This document shows positions 28,258-38,429 of a stretch of DNA of 64,000 nucleotides, piece after piece. Every line of letters begins with the position of its first letter. Position 1 is the stretch's first letter. The position numbers were made by a program, and so were the translations under genes. The notes below the pieces were generated by a model. The model was given only the letters and a program-made list of their open reading frames with translations. It was not told the origin of the DNA and did no database searches. The stretch comes from Patescibacteria group bacterium (GTDB lineage: Bacteria > Patescibacteriota > Patescibacteriia > UBA9934): positions 10,446 to 74,445 of the forward strand of contig JBAZUI010000003.1 in the NCBI GenBank assembly GCA_041661425.1, in the 5' to 3' direction.

Positions 28258-29940
28258 ATGGCATTGGAGGAGAAGCAAATTCTTGATTTGCTTCTATCAC
28301 AACAGTACGTTTCAAGCGCTGATCTTGCGCGCGTGGAAAAACTCTCTAAACAAGGGGCGGGAACCCCACTTGATCTTTTGCTTTCCGGTGGATTTCTGTC
28401 GAAAGATCTTCTTGGGCAGGCGCTCGCGGAATTTTATAAAGTTCCGTATGCGGACTTGAATACAAAAATGCCGTCACGCGAACAGATTCTTCTTATTCCG
28501 GAAGGAGTTGCCAAGCAATTCCGTGCGGTTCTTTTTACGGATGCGCCAAAGAAGTTTGTGATTGCCACGGATTTGCCGCAGACGAGCGGACTTTCCACGG
28601 CAGTTAAGGAATCGGCAAAAGGGCGGACAGTAAGTGTGGTGTATGCTCTTTCCGAAGATATCGATCGGGCGCTTCAGACGTATTGGAAACCGCTCGAGAC
28701 CGAGCTTTCGGAAATTCTTTCAAATACAAAACGAGCCGCGCCAGAACTCGTCGAGGAGATTTTGCATCAAGCCATTGGTCTTCGCGCTTCGGATATCCAT
28801 TTCGAGCCGCAGGAGAAAGAAGTGGTGATTCGTTTTCGTATTGATGGAGTGATGCAGAGAGTCGCGTCACTCAAAAGAGAAACGTATGAGAATGTTTTGA
28901 ATCGGTTGAAAGTGATGTCGCATCTGCGTACGGATCAGCATGATAAAGCGCTTGATGGCTCCATCCGGTATCGATACGAAGGAGACGCGGTGGATATCCG
29001 TGTGTCCATCGTTCCGATTTTTGACGGAGAAAAAGTCGTCCTGCGTTTATTATCCTCGTATACGCGTGGGCTTTCCCTCGAGAGTTTGGGGCTCTCCAGT
29101 CCTGATCAAGAAAAACTCATTACCGCTTCCAATAAGCCGTTTGGGATGATTCTTGTGGCAGGGCCAACCGGATCAGGGAAAACAACAACGCTCTACGGCG
29201 TTATGAAAATTTTGAACACGGTTGAGGTAAATATTGCCACCATTGAGGATCCGGTGGAATATAAAATTCCGAATGTGAATCACATGCAAGTCAATTCCGA
29301 AACAGGATTGACGTTTGCGCGTGGACTGCGTTCTATTGTTCGTCAGGATCCGGATATTATCCTTGTGGGAGAAATTCGTGACGAAGAAACCGCGGATATT
29401 GCGACGAATGCGGCACTTACCGGCCATCTTTTGCTCTCGACATTTCATGCAAACGATGCCGCGACCGCCATTCCGCGTTTGCTTGATATGGGAGTGGAAC
29501 CGTTTCTTCTCGCTTCGACCTTGGAGCTGGTGATTGCCCAGCGACTTGTTCGGAAGATTTGCGATCAGTGTCGATACAGTCTCATAAAAACCGAAAAACA
29601 AATCAAAAAGGAGGCGCCTGATCTTTATTATTTCTCGCCAAAAAAATCCTATACTCTCTATGCAGGAAAAGGATGTCATGCTTGCGCGGGAACGGGTTTT
29701 TCCGGACGGACAGCTATTCTTGAAATTATCGAAATAAGTTCCGCCCTTCAGTCTCTTATTATGACGCGTCCGTCCACACAAGATATTTGGAAATTGGCGC
29801 GTGCGGAAGGGGCGACATCCATGTTTGAGGATGGGCTTCAAAAAGTTCTTCAAGGATTAACCACGCTCGAAGAATTACATCGCATTGCTTCGCCGTCGCG
29901 TGAAGATTTGGTTGCCATGCAAAAACGTGGGTTTGTATGA
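28258..29940 (+). CDS. pilB: Type IV pilus assembly ATPase PilB/GspE
   Basis: Walker A GPTGSGKTT, GspE N-domain, C-terminal tetracysteine CDQC...CHAC. Confidence 0.9.
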   Translation: MALEEKQILDLLLSQQYVSSADLARVEKLSKQGAGTPLDLLLSGGFLSKDLLGQALAEFYKVPYADLNTKMPSREQILLIPEGVAKQFRAVLFTDAPKKFVIATDLPQTSGLSTAVKESAKGRTVSVVYALSEDIDRALQTYWKPLETELSEILSNTKRAAPELVEEILHQAIGLRASDIHFEPQEKEVVIRFRIDGVMQRVASLKRETYENVLNRLKVMSHLRTDQHDKALDGSIRYRYEGDAVDIRVSIVPIFDGEKVVLRLLSSYTRGLSLESLGLSSPDQEKLITASNKPFGMILVAGPTGSGKTTTLYGVMKILNTVEVNIATIEDPVEYKIPNVNHMQVNSETGLTFARGLRSIVRQDPDIILVGEIRDEETADIATNAALTGHLLLSTFHANDAATAIPRLLDMGVEPFLLASTLELVIAQRLVRKICDQCRYSLIKTEKQIKKEAPDLYYFSPKKSYTLYAGKGCHACAGTGFSGRTAILEIIEISSALQSLIMTRPSTQDIWKLARAEGATSMFEDGLQKVLQGLTTLEELHRIASPSREDLVAMQKRGFV

Positions 29941-31628
29941 AAACAACCCCAAAAAAACAAACAGAGATTCTTGCGGAGAGCAGGGAAGAAACACAGCTAA
30001 AAGCGCGTGAGAAGACCCTTGCGAAAAAATCATCGAAGAAATTGAACACAAAAAAAACGAAGATCGAAAAATCTCCCGTCGCTTCTGCGGTGGTTCCATT
30101 AAAGAAATCACAGTGGAATCCGTTTCTTGCGCTTGTGCGTCTGGTGCGCAATAGTCTCAAGCGTCTTGATCGGATGACCATCGGAGGGAAGAAAGAGAAA
30201 GCATATTTTTTGGAATATCTTGCCGTGCTTATCACTTCGGGAATGGATCCCGCGAGCGCCATGCAATCGATTGGGAAGGATCTGCGCACGCGCTGGATTC
30301 GACAGCTTGTGGTTGAGGCGGAGGAGCGGATTCAGAGTGGAAGCAGTGTTTGGCAAACGCTCCAAGAAGCACATTTTTTGCCGAGTCATGTTATTTCACT
30401 TCTTCGCATCGGAGAAGAGTCAGGTCGTCTTTCGGACAATCTCAAAGCGGTCGTCCTCCAACAGCAAAAGGATGCGGAATTCAAATCAAAAGTTCAATCC
30501 GCCATGATGTATCCGGTATTTGTGATGTCCATCACCTTGATTGTCGGAACAGGGATTGCGTGGTTCATTTTGCCGCAACTCGCCTTGGTTTTTTCTTCGC
30601 TCGAAATGGACCTTCCATTCATCACGCGTCTCCTGATTATCGTTGGCGATTACTTGCGTTTGCATGGCACGGTTGCGGTTCCCGTATTCTTTGCGGTTTT
30701 TTTAACGTTGATTTACGTCATTTTTGGGATGCCGAAGACGAAAGTTATTGGACAGTGGTTCCTCCTCCATCTTCCGGGAGTGAAAATGGTGGTGCAACAA
30801 GTGGAGCTTTCGCGCACGGGGTTTATTCTTGGCACGTTATTGCAAGCTGGGCTCCCCATTATTGAAGCGGTTGAATCACTGCGTCAGGCAACGGTCATGT
30901 ATCACTATCGCCGATTTTATCGCGTATTGGGTGTCGCGCTCGAAGGAGGAGATTCATTTGCGCAAGTATTTTCATCATTTCGGCGCATGGGACGATTGAT
31001 TCCGAACCCGATTCAACAAATGATTGAAACCGCTGAGCGAAGTGGAACCCTTCCGGAAACGCTTATGCAAATCGGCACCATCTACGGCGAGAAGACGGAT
31101 AATTCAACAAAAAATCTTTCAGTTATTCTGGAACCGATTCTTCTTTTGATTGTTTGGCTTGGTGTGGTGGGAGTGGCCCTTGCCGTGATTCTCCCAATTT
31201 ACAGCTTGATCGGCAATCTCACCACAGCGACATCGGGCGGAGGAGCGACAACGGAGACAGAGACGTCTTCCCCGTTGAATACAGCACTCCAAGGGGATCA
31301 GGCTGTAGAGGGATTTGTTGGAAAAGTAACCGGAGGCATTCAAGACATCGTGCAATCCGCCGGAGAATATCTGGGAATCTATTCGGTGGAGAAACCCATG
31401 GCCGAAGAAGGATTGGTCGTGCATCGTCTTCGCATTTTATCGCCAATCGGCTATGTGAATGTTCGATCATCTCCATCAACCGCCGCAATGCTTCTTACGC
31501 AAGCGCTTGATGCCTCGGATTATGAATGGACCGTTCATGAAAATGGTTGGTATCAGATTATTCTATCCGATGGCAGTTTTGGCTGGATTGCGGATACGTA
31601 TGCGGAGGAAATAATCCCCGTGCCATGA
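29937..31628 (+). CDS. pilC: Type IV pilus platform protein PilC/GspF with Lys-rich N-terminal extension and C-terminal SH3b-like domain
   Basis: Two GspF repeats and 3 TM blocks. First ~100 aa are K/T-rich. Last ~90 aa (YVNVRSSPS...WYQIILSDGSFGWIADTY) read as SH3b. Confidence 0.8.
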   Translation: MKTTPKKQTEILAESREETQLKAREKTLAKKSSKKLNTKKTKIEKSPVASAVVPLKKSQWNPFLALVRLVRNSLKRLDRMTIGGKKEKAYFLEYLAVLITSGMDPASAMQSIGKDLRTRWIRQLVVEAEERIQSGSSVWQTLQEAHFLPSHVISLLRIGEESGRLSDNLKAVVLQQQKDAEFKSKVQSAMMYPVFVMSITLIVGTGIAWFILPQLALVFSSLEMDLPFITRLLIIVGDYLRLHGTVAVPVFFAVFLTLIYVIFGMPKTKVIGQWFLLHLPGVKMVVQQVELSRTGFILGTLLQAGLPIIEAVESLRQATVMYHYRRFYRVLGVALEGGDSFAQVFSSFRRMGRLIPNPIQQMIETAERSGTLPETLMQIGTIYGEKTDNSTKNLSVILEPILLLIVWLGVVGVALAVILPIYSLIGNLTTATSGGGATTETETSSPLNTALQGDQAVEGFVGKVTGGIQDIVQSAGEYLGIYSVEKPMAEEGLVVHRLRILSPIGYVNVRSSPSTAAMLLTQALDASDYEWTVHENGWYQIILSDGSFGWIADTYAEEIIPVP

Positions 31629-32083
31629 ATTGGATCGCCACACGGGTTCATCTCCCCGGCTTTTCGATGCTCGAAATGCTTCTTGTGGTGGCAACCATTG
31701 GGATTCTTGCCACCATTTCTATCCCGATCTATCGCTCAATCCTCACGGGGAATGAAATGCAAGTCGCGCGTGAAATTCTTGTGCGTGGCCTTCGTGTTGC
31801 AGAGCTTCGCACCCAATCAGGAGCTGAGGATGCATCTTGGGGAGTATTTGCACAAAGCGGTTCCGTGACGATTTTTTCCGGAGCGAACTATGTTGAGCGC
31901 GATCCAACCCTTGATGATATTTATGTCGTCTCCCAAGAACTCAATTTTTCCGGAGATACGGAAGTGACGTTCACCGCCCCGTTCGGTCAGCTTCTCACGG
32001 AAAAAACACTCATCCTCTCTCAAACTGGACATGACTCCATTTCAATTACCATTAATCTTGAAGGAGCAATCGCCTATGAATAG
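31625..32083 (+). CDS. Pseudopilin (GspH/FimT-like) with prepilin cleavage motif
   Basis: ATGA overlap with pilC. PGFSMLEMLLVVATIGILA matches G|F..LE at +5. Confidence 0.7.
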   Translation: MNWIATRVHLPGFSMLEMLLVVATIGILATISIPIYRSILTGNEMQVAREILVRGLRVAELRTQSGAEDASWGVFAQSGSVTIFSGANYVERDPTLDDIYVVSQELNFSGDTEVTFTAPFGQLLTEKTLILSQTGHDSISITINLEGAIAYE

Positions 32084-35000
32084 GCGAGGGTTCGTTGAAG
32101 CGGAAGTGCTATTGGCCGTGACAATTTTTGCGCTTCTTGTCACCACGGTCGGTGGAGTGCTTTATTCGTTACGTCAAAGTGAATATCTTTCTGGGATGAT
32201 GTCGCGTGCAACCTTTCTTGCCGAGGGGGGATTGGAAGCGGTACGAAGTCTTCGTGATCGTGCCATCAATGAAATGATTTACAATCAGAGTGCCGTGGAG
32301 ATAACAGGAAATGCCTGGAGTTTTGTTGGCGAAGGAACAGAAGAAGCGCTCGGTGATTTTACGAGGACGATTACTCTTGAGCCGGTATGTCGAAACGCAG
32401 CTGAGGAAATCACGACGTGCCCTGGAAACCGGACGGACATCTCCATGAAAAAAGTCACGTCAACGATTGATTGGACAACCATTCTTGGAGTTCATCAGTC
32501 TCTTTCCCTCACAAATTTATTATCAAATTGGGGGTCAATGAATTGGATTCAGACAGATTGGTCTGGTGGTTCGGGTCAGACTCTTTGGTCTGATGCAACA
32601 AAATATGCGACCGACGATGGCAATATCGATCCGACGATTTCCGGGGAGGTGAAGCTCGCCATGTCAACGGGAGGTGTTTCCTGTTCATCGAAAGTTTGGG
32701 ATTTTTCCACATCAAGTGAGTATACATTTGACCCGGCGCTTATTGAGGTGACGGGTGGAATGGCGCAACTTAAAAATATCGGTGGCATCTCCATGACAAC
32801 ACTCACGTCTGTTGATTCGTATGCAACTGGCGTCAATGCTTCGCATCCAAATATGGTACACGTTTCTGGAAATGTCTATGCCTATGCCTTTAGCGGTTCG
32901 GGAAATGATGGGTTTATTTCAACGGTGACGATTTCTCCAACAGGAGCCATCACAAAAAGTATTATTGATACATTTGAATACGATACTGTTGATGGGTACG
33001 ACCCTGATCTCATGTATATCTCCGGAAACATCTATGCGGTTGCCTATCGTGGGTCCGGAAATGATGGCTGGGTTGCAACGGTGACGATTTCAACCGCCGG
33101 GGTGATTACAAAAACGGTGATCGATACTTTGGAATGGGATACGGCCAATGGATACGAACCTGATATTTTTCTTGTGTCCGGAAATGTGTATGGGGTTGCG
33201 TATCGGGGAACGGGAAGTGCGGGAATTGTAAAAACGTTTACCATCGATACAGCTGGAAATATCGGAGCAGCGGTGATTGATACTCTCACGTTTGACGCCA
33301 CAGGAAATACACCGTTTGTTCTATCGGTCGGTGCAGGTTATTGGGCAATTGTTTACTCGGGGCCGGGAAATGATGGCTGGATGGCGACCGTCAATATTAC
33401 TTCCGCGGGGATTATTCCCGCAACCATTACGGATAGCTACGAATTTGATCCCTCCAATGGTCAGTATCCATCAATTGGGAGTCTTGGAGGAGATAAATAC
33501 CTGGTGGCCTATACCGGTGCAGCGGGCGACGGGTGGCTTGCAACCTTTGCGGTGAGTTCCACAGGTGTCATTACAAAATCACTTATTGATACCTTGGAAT
33601 TTGACGCAAGTGATGGAACTTATCCTGTCCTTAAAAAGGTCACAGGAACGTTTTGGACGGTTTCTTATACCGGATCTGGGAATGACGGTTTTGTTGTGTT
33701 GGTGAATGCGGCGGCGGATGGAATATTACCCGCGGCAGTCACAGCAAGTCTTGAATATGATCCCACGTATAGTCTTTCGCCATCTGTCGTCTATTTGAGC
33801 GATTATTACTTTGGCATTGCGTATATCGGGAGCGCAAATAATGTGAAGCTCGCAACTTTTTCTGTAACGGGTTCAGCAACGACCTTGTACTCAACAACGA
33901 ATCCCTCGATTTTTCCGACGAGTTCGCAAACCGCGACCAGTTTTGATGAGTGGACATCATTTACCGAAGTCGCCACAAAAGGGACAGGTGAAATTTATTA
34001 TCAACTTTCCGATGATAATGGTGTGACGTGGTATTGGTGGAATGGCACGACCTGGGCCGTGGCAGGAACTGGAAATTATAATTCTGCGACCGTGGTGAAT
34101 TCAAAGATTTATGCTTTTCCGGTTGCCTCTGGGCAAATTAAATTCCGTGCATTTCTTTCGAGCAGCGGAACACAGCAAGTCCAATTAGATTCTGTCACGA
34201 TTGGGTGTAGCGCCATGCAATTCGAAATTGGATCGATCAACGCAAATAATACGTGGCAGACCGTCACAATGCTTCAAAATTATAGTGATCCCATTGTGGT
34301 GGGATCGTATCAAGAAATTGCAAATACCGCGGATATTTCTGTGCGGATTCGAAATGTCACCACCACCACTTTCGACGTCCGTCTCGAGAGTGCAAGCGGA
34401 GCGAGCATCTCAGCTGATCCCGTGACGTATTTTGTGATGGAGCGTGGCGTCTGGACCATTGGGGGATTTAATTTTGAGGCGCAAAAACAAACAGTCGCGA
34501 CCGTTGCCACGGCCTCGAGTTGGGTGGCCGATCAAGTGACATTTCACCGAGGATTTGGGATAGCACCGTTTGTCATGCATCAAGTGATGTCGCAAAGTGA
34601 CTCAAAATGGATCACCACTTGGGTGAGCCAATACGGGACTCGAACAAATCCACCCATTTCAACAGGATTTGGATTGGGGCTCAATGCGGCTGAAGTTGCG
34701 GCAAGTGCAACGCATGGCGCGGAAACCGTGGGTTGGATTGCAACCGACGCAAATGTCGGTGGAACCCTTGGCGGTGTCTTATTCGAAACTCATCTTACCG
34801 GATCAACCGTGCAAGGTCACGATAACGGGTGTTATACAACCCCGTATTCCTATACCTATACCGCAGCTCCAAAGGTGTTGGGTTTTCAACAAACCATGAA
34901 TGATCCCAACGGTGGATGGGCGGTGGTTTGTAGCAATAGTACGGCACAACCAGGATTTCATATCGAGGAAGATTCGGTTCTTGATGCGGAACGGAGTCAC

Positions 35001-35402
35001 GGAACGGAACAAATTGGATTCCTTGCATTTTCAACAGGCACGCGGTATTCCTCCGTTGGCGGTAGTTTGTACCCTCTGTACGGAGAATTGACATCATCAG
35101 CTTTCAATCTAACCGATGTGTCACCGGTGCAAATATTGGAGTGGGATGAAGAGACGACGTCTTGCACGCCGGCATGTACAATAAAAATTCAGGTTCGCAC
35201 CGCACCTGATGTTGCGGGCGCTCCAGGGATTTTTACCTCGTGGTATGGAGCAGGTGGGGTTGGAACGTATTTTACAGATCCTGCCGGATCACTTATTCCA
35301 AAGGATTTGAATTGGAATCAGTGGGTTGAATATCGGGTGGAATTGGCAGGAGATGGAATACAAACCCCGGTTCTCCAAGAAGTTCGTCTCAATTATCGAT
35401 GA
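32076..35402 (+). CDS. Pseudopilin-fused giant repeat protein (1108 aa), candidate pilus-tip adhesin
   Basis: N-terminus MNRRGFVEAEVLLAVTIFALL is a prepilin leader with G-F-x-x-x-E. Then about eight ~45-aa repeats G.vYavaY.G.GNDGw.aTv.I...G.It...IDtlefD. Sits in the minor-pilin gene block. Confidence 0.6.
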   Translation: MNRRGFVEAEVLLAVTIFALLVTTVGGVLYSLRQSEYLSGMMSRATFLAEGGLEAVRSLRDRAINEMIYNQSAVEITGNAWSFVGEGTEEALGDFTRTITLEPVCRNAAEEITTCPGNRTDISMKKVTSTIDWTTILGVHQSLSLTNLLSNWGSMNWIQTDWSGGSGQTLWSDATKYATDDGNIDPTISGEVKLAMSTGGVSCSSKVWDFSTSSEYTFDPALIEVTGGMAQLKNIGGISMTTLTSVDSYATGVNASHPNMVHVSGNVYAYAFSGSGNDGFISTVTISPTGAITKSIIDTFEYDTVDGYDPDLMYISGNIYAVAYRGSGNDGWVATVTISTAGVITKTVIDTLEWDTANGYEPDIFLVSGNVYGVAYRGTGSAGIVKTFTIDTAGNIGAAVIDTLTFDATGNTPFVLSVGAGYWAIVYSGPGNDGWMATVNITSAGIIPATITDSYEFDPSNGQYPSIGSLGGDKYLVAYTGAAGDGWLATFAVSSTGVITKSLIDTLEFDASDGTYPVLKKVTGTFWTVSYTGSGNDGFVVLVNAAADGILPAAVTASLEYDPTYSLSPSVVYLSDYYFGIAYIGSANNVKLATFSVTGSATTLYSTTNPSIFPTSSQTATSFDEWTSFTEVATKGTGEIYYQLSDDNGVTWYWWNGTTWAVAGTGNYNSATVVNSKIYAFPVASGQIKFRAFLSSSGTQQVQLDSVTIGCSAMQFEIGSINANNTWQTVTMLQNYSDPIVVGSYQEIANTADISVRIRNVTTTTFDVRLESASGASISADPVTYFVMERGVWTIGGFNFEAQKQTVATVATASSWVADQVTFHRGFGIAPFVMHQVMSQSDSKWITTWVSQYGTRTNPPISTGFGLGLNAAEVAASATHGAETVGWIATDANVGGTLGGVLFETHLTGSTVQGHDNGCYTTPYSYTYTAAPKVLGFQQTMNDPNGGWAVVCSNSTAQPGFHIEEDSVLDAERSHGTEQIGFLAFSTGTRYSSVGGSLYPLYGELTSSAFNLTDVSPVQILEWDEETTSCTPACTIKIQVRTAPDVAGAPGIFTSWYGAGGVGTYFTDPAGSLIPKDLNWNQWVEYRVELAGDGIQTPVLQEVRLNYR

Positions 35403-35403
35403 T

Positions 35404-35904
35404 ATGGAATATCGTGCAAAAGGATTTACTCTCATTGAACTCCTCCTCTATATTGCCTGTGCATCAGTCATTCTTTTACTGGGAGGATCATTTTTGCACA
35501 TGGTGCTCGAAACGCGTGTGCGTCAGGAAGTGATGTCAACGGTCGAAGAAGAAGGACGATTTGCCATGAATACAATCATTGCAGAGATTCGCACAGCGTC
35601 ACATGTCGCCGCTCCTCTGCCTGCAATAACAAGCACGTCACTTCTATTGGATATGCCAGGGGGAACACAGGAGACGTTTGTTTTATCCGGAACCGTACTT
35701 GTATTTACGCGTGGCGTTAATCCATCTCTATCTCTCACATCAAATCTTGTTGAAATAAGCAATCTTCAATTTCAAAATGTGAGTGCGGAAAATGCGGGGG
35801 ATAGTATCAAAATCACCTTCACACTTTCACATGTCAACTCTTCGAATAAATCCGAGTATACCTATGTCCAAACGTTCACAAGCGCGACAACAATCCGGCC
35901 ATAA
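35404..35904 (+). CDS. Minor pseudopilin (PilW/GspJ-like)
   Basis: AKGFTLIELLLYIA prepilin motif. Confidence 0.65.
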   Translation: MEYRAKGFTLIELLLYIACASVILLLGGSFLHMVLETRVRQEVMSTVEEEGRFAMNTIIAEIRTASHVAAPLPAITSTSLLLDMPGGTQETFVLSGTVLVFTRGVNPSLSLTSNLVEISNLQFQNVSAENAGDSIKITFTLSHVNSSNKSEYTYVQTFTSATTIRP

Positions 35905-36286
35905 GGGATTTATCACCCTCACGGGTATTTTGATTATTGCCGCGGTCTCGGTGACAATCGTCATTGCATTTTTTGGATTAGCCGTTGGTGGCATGAATGT
36001 GGCAACAGTTTTTAAACACGGGGAGCAGGCGCGTGCCCTTGCGGAAAGTTGTGCAGAGGAGGCATTAGGACAACTGCGACTTTCCGATGCGTATGCGGCT
36101 GGGAAAATCATTACATTTACTCATGGCTCTTGTCAGATCGTTGCCATCGCCGGTTCGGGAAATACGAATCGCACTCTTCAGGTCATTGGAGTTGTTGAGG
36201 GAACGACGCGACGCTTAGAAATAGAAATCGCACAAATTTCCCCTATCATACAAATTATTTCGTGGACGGAGGTCGCCATATTTTAA
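35864..36286 (+). CDS. Minor pilin-like protein lacking Glu5 (PilX/GspK-like)
   Basis: HKGFITLTGILIIAAVSV hydrophobic N-terminus. Overlaps the upstream gene by 41 nt. Confidence 0.45.
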   Translation: MSKRSQARQQSGHKGFITLTGILIIAAVSVTIVIAFFGLAVGGMNVATVFKHGEQARALAESCAEEALGQLRLSDAYAAGKIITFTHGSCQIVAIAGSGNTNRTLQVIGVVEGTTRRLEIEIAQISPIIQIISWTEVAIF

Positions 36287-36324
36287 ACAATCAAGTATAA
36301 TCAAATAAACATTTAACAATAGAT

Positions 36325-36786
36325 ATGAAATACTCATTTCAAAAAGGATTTACTTTATTGGAAATCCTCCTCGTGGTTGCGGCGATTGCGATCTTGGCTG
36401 GGATCGTGATTATCGCTATCAACCCTGCAAAACAATTGGCCGAAGTCCGCAATGCGCAACGAGCTATTGATGTGAATACGATTCTCAATGGCGTCTATCA
36501 ATATTCCATCGATAATAACGGAGATCTGCCCGCTTCTGTTAATGGCGGAACGAGCTGTGGAACTGTTGAGGAAGATGAAATTTGTACAACCGGTGGAACT
36601 TGTACGGATCTTACTGATTTGGGCGTGATTACAGCGGATCAAACGTATCTCGTCAGTATGCCGGAAGATCCGCAAGATGCAACCGCAAATGGAACAGGGT
36701 ATTTTATTATTCAAAGTACGAACGGCCGTGTGACCGTTTGCGCTCCCGGAGCAGAATTAGATGCAACGATTACCGTTACTCGATAA
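36325..36786 (+). CDS. pilA: Type IV major pilin (PilA-like) copy 1
   Basis: QKGFTLLEILLVVAAIAILAGIVI prepilin leader, 153 aa, C-terminal Cys pair. Confidence 0.8.
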   Translation: MKYSFQKGFTLLEILLVVAAIAILAGIVIIAINPAKQLAEVRNAQRAIDVNTILNGVYQYSIDNNGDLPASVNGGTSCGTVEEDEICTTGGTCTDLTDLGVITADQTYLVSMPEDPQDATANGTGYFIIQSTNGRVTVCAPGAELDATITVTR

Positions 36787-36787
36787 T

Positions 36788-37234
36788 ATGAAAAAGGGGT
36801 TTACGCTTATAGAAATTCTTCTCGTGGTGGCGGCTATTGCGATTCTTGCCGGGATTGTGATCATTGCCATTAACCCCGCCAAACAATTAGCCGAAGTTCG
36901 AAACGCACAGCGTTGGGAAAATGTGAATACGATTTTGAATGGCGTCTATCAGTATTCCATCGATCACAATGGTGATCTCCCAACCACGATCAATGAAAAT
37001 TCAAGTTGTGCGGGGTATGCCGTGAATGAAATTTGTTATGGGTCTTCGTGTGCAAGTTATACGAATTTAAGTGCACTCACAACAGAAGAAGTCTATTTAG
37101 TTGGTATGCCACGCGATCCCTCAATTTCTTCAGGAAGTGGGTCTGGATATTTTATTCACAAAACCGAATATGATCGTGTTGAGGTCTGCGCTCCCGAAGC
37201 TGAACTAGAAGAGACGATTAGTGTAAAACGATAA
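36788..37234 (+). CDS. pilA: Type IV major pilin (PilA-like) copy 2
   Basis: MKKGFTLIEILLVVAAIAILAGIVIIAINPAKQLAEVRNAQR is near-identical to copy 1 over the first ~45 aa. C-terminal half diverges. Confidence 0.8.
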   Translation: MKKGFTLIEILLVVAAIAILAGIVIIAINPAKQLAEVRNAQRWENVNTILNGVYQYSIDHNGDLPTTINENSSCAGYAVNEICYGSSCASYTNLSALTTEEVYLVGMPRDPSISSGSGSGYFIHKTEYDRVEVCAPEAELEETISVKR

Positions 37235-37283
37235 GGGGATGTCGAGGCAGGTCTGTGACCTGCCTTTGTGATTTTCGTTATTT

Positions 37284-38039
37284 ATGGTCATCGAGATCGT
37301 GATTGGAGGTATTTTTGGAAGCATCATCGCGAGTGCGATTGGATGTGCAGCCATGCGAGCGGGTGATGGTCGATCATTTTTTTATGGTCGATCGCTTTGT
37401 GATGGATGTCAAAAAATATTGCATCCTCTTGCTCTGATTCCAATTTTAAGTTTTTGTTTTCAAAAAGGACGTGCGCGATGTTGCGGGGTGCGACTTTCGC
37501 GAATTTATTTGCTTCTTGAAATGGTTGGGGCCATCCTTGGAGGATATATAGGATACGAGATTTGGCAGGGGGTGAGTACATGGGGAGTGATTCGATGGAT
37601 TTTGGTGATTGGATTTATTCTTTGGACTATCGCAACCGATGGACATAAGATGCTAGTTTCTCTTCCGGTCACTTTAGGATTTTCTGTCATCATGATGATT
37701 CTTCCTTTTGAATACGGGACTATCTTTAATCGTTTATTCATGGCCGGATGTTTTGTCATATTTTTTGGTGTGCAGTATTTATTCACAAAAGGAAAGGGGA
37801 TTGGGACAGGTGATTTTGCACTCGGGATTGCTCTTGGAACGAGTTTGGGATTTCCGTTAGCAATTATCGCTGCAATGGTTGGCTATGTGATTGGCGCCTT
37901 TCACGCGATGTATTTGCTGATGATAAAAAAAGCGGATCGAAGAACTCCCTTGCCATTGGGGGTGTATTTAATGTTGGGTCTCGCGATTACTTTTATGGGA
38001 TCTTCTTTTATTTTTTCTTGGTTAGGGATTGTACAATAA
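37284..38039 (+). CDS. pilD: Prepilin peptidase PilD (A24 family)
   Basis: 8 TM, N-terminal Cys pairs CDGC / CCG, catalytic Asp-containing loops. Confidence 0.8.
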   Translation: MVIEIVIGGIFGSIIASAIGCAAMRAGDGRSFFYGRSLCDGCQKILHPLALIPILSFCFQKGRARCCGVRLSRIYLLLEMVGAILGGYIGYEIWQGVSTWGVIRWILVIGFILWTIATDGHKMLVSLPVTLGFSVIMMILPFEYGTIFNRLFMAGCFVIFFGVQYLFTKGKGIGTGDFALGIALGTSLGFPLAIIAAMVGYVIGAFHAMYLLMIKKADRRTPLPLGVYLMLGLAITFMGSSFIFSWLGIVQ

Positions 38040-38086
38040 TAGGGATCTTGCAGAAAAATAAAAGATTTGGTACGATTTTGCCGCTC

Positions 38087-38163
38087 GGGTCGGTAGTTCA
38101 ATTGGTTAGAGCACCGCCCTGTCACGGCGGAAGTTGCGGGTTCGAGCCCCGTCCGACCCGCCA
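38087..38163 (+). tRNA. tRNA-Asp (GTC)
   Basis: GGGTCGG acceptor stem, anticodon loop CTGTCAC, TTCGAGC T-loop, encoded CCA. Confidence 0.9.
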
Positions 38164-38164
38164 A

Positions 38165-38197
38165 AAGATCTCCAGTTCATCTGGAGATCTTTTATTT
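38165..38197 (+). terminator. Rho-independent terminator after tRNA-Asp
   Basis: AGATCTCCAG-ttcat-CTGGAGATCT hairpin followed by TTTTATTT. Confidence 0.75.
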
Positions 38198-38214
38198 CGA
38201 AGAACCACCCCTTA

Positions 38215-38270
38215 CCCCTCCTTTGAAAGGAGGGGTAATTACGTAGGGACAGGTCGCGACCTGTCCCTAC
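38215..38270. repeat. Two palindromic units: CCCCTCCTTTGAAAGGAGGGG and GTAGGGACAGGTCGCGACCTGTCCCTAC
   Basis: Both belong to families that recur elsewhere in the window (48.77 kb, 54.38 kb; 37.25, 42.03, 49.05, 52.3 kb). Confidence 0.7.
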
Positions 38271-38429
38271 AGAATGATGCAGGTGGATAAAATTTCAATA
38301 GGTAGAATGACAGATAGAACGAAGAAAGCCGAGACAGGGGTTAGGGGCTGGAACCCCCTTAAAAACAATTCGAGTCCCGTTTCGCGAGACGAGTAGTCTC
38401 AAGCGATACGGGACTCAGAGAGGTGTGCG

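Noticed and set aside
37901-38164. 87-aa minus-strand ORF
   Set aside because: Overlaps tRNA-Asp and the pilD 3' end.
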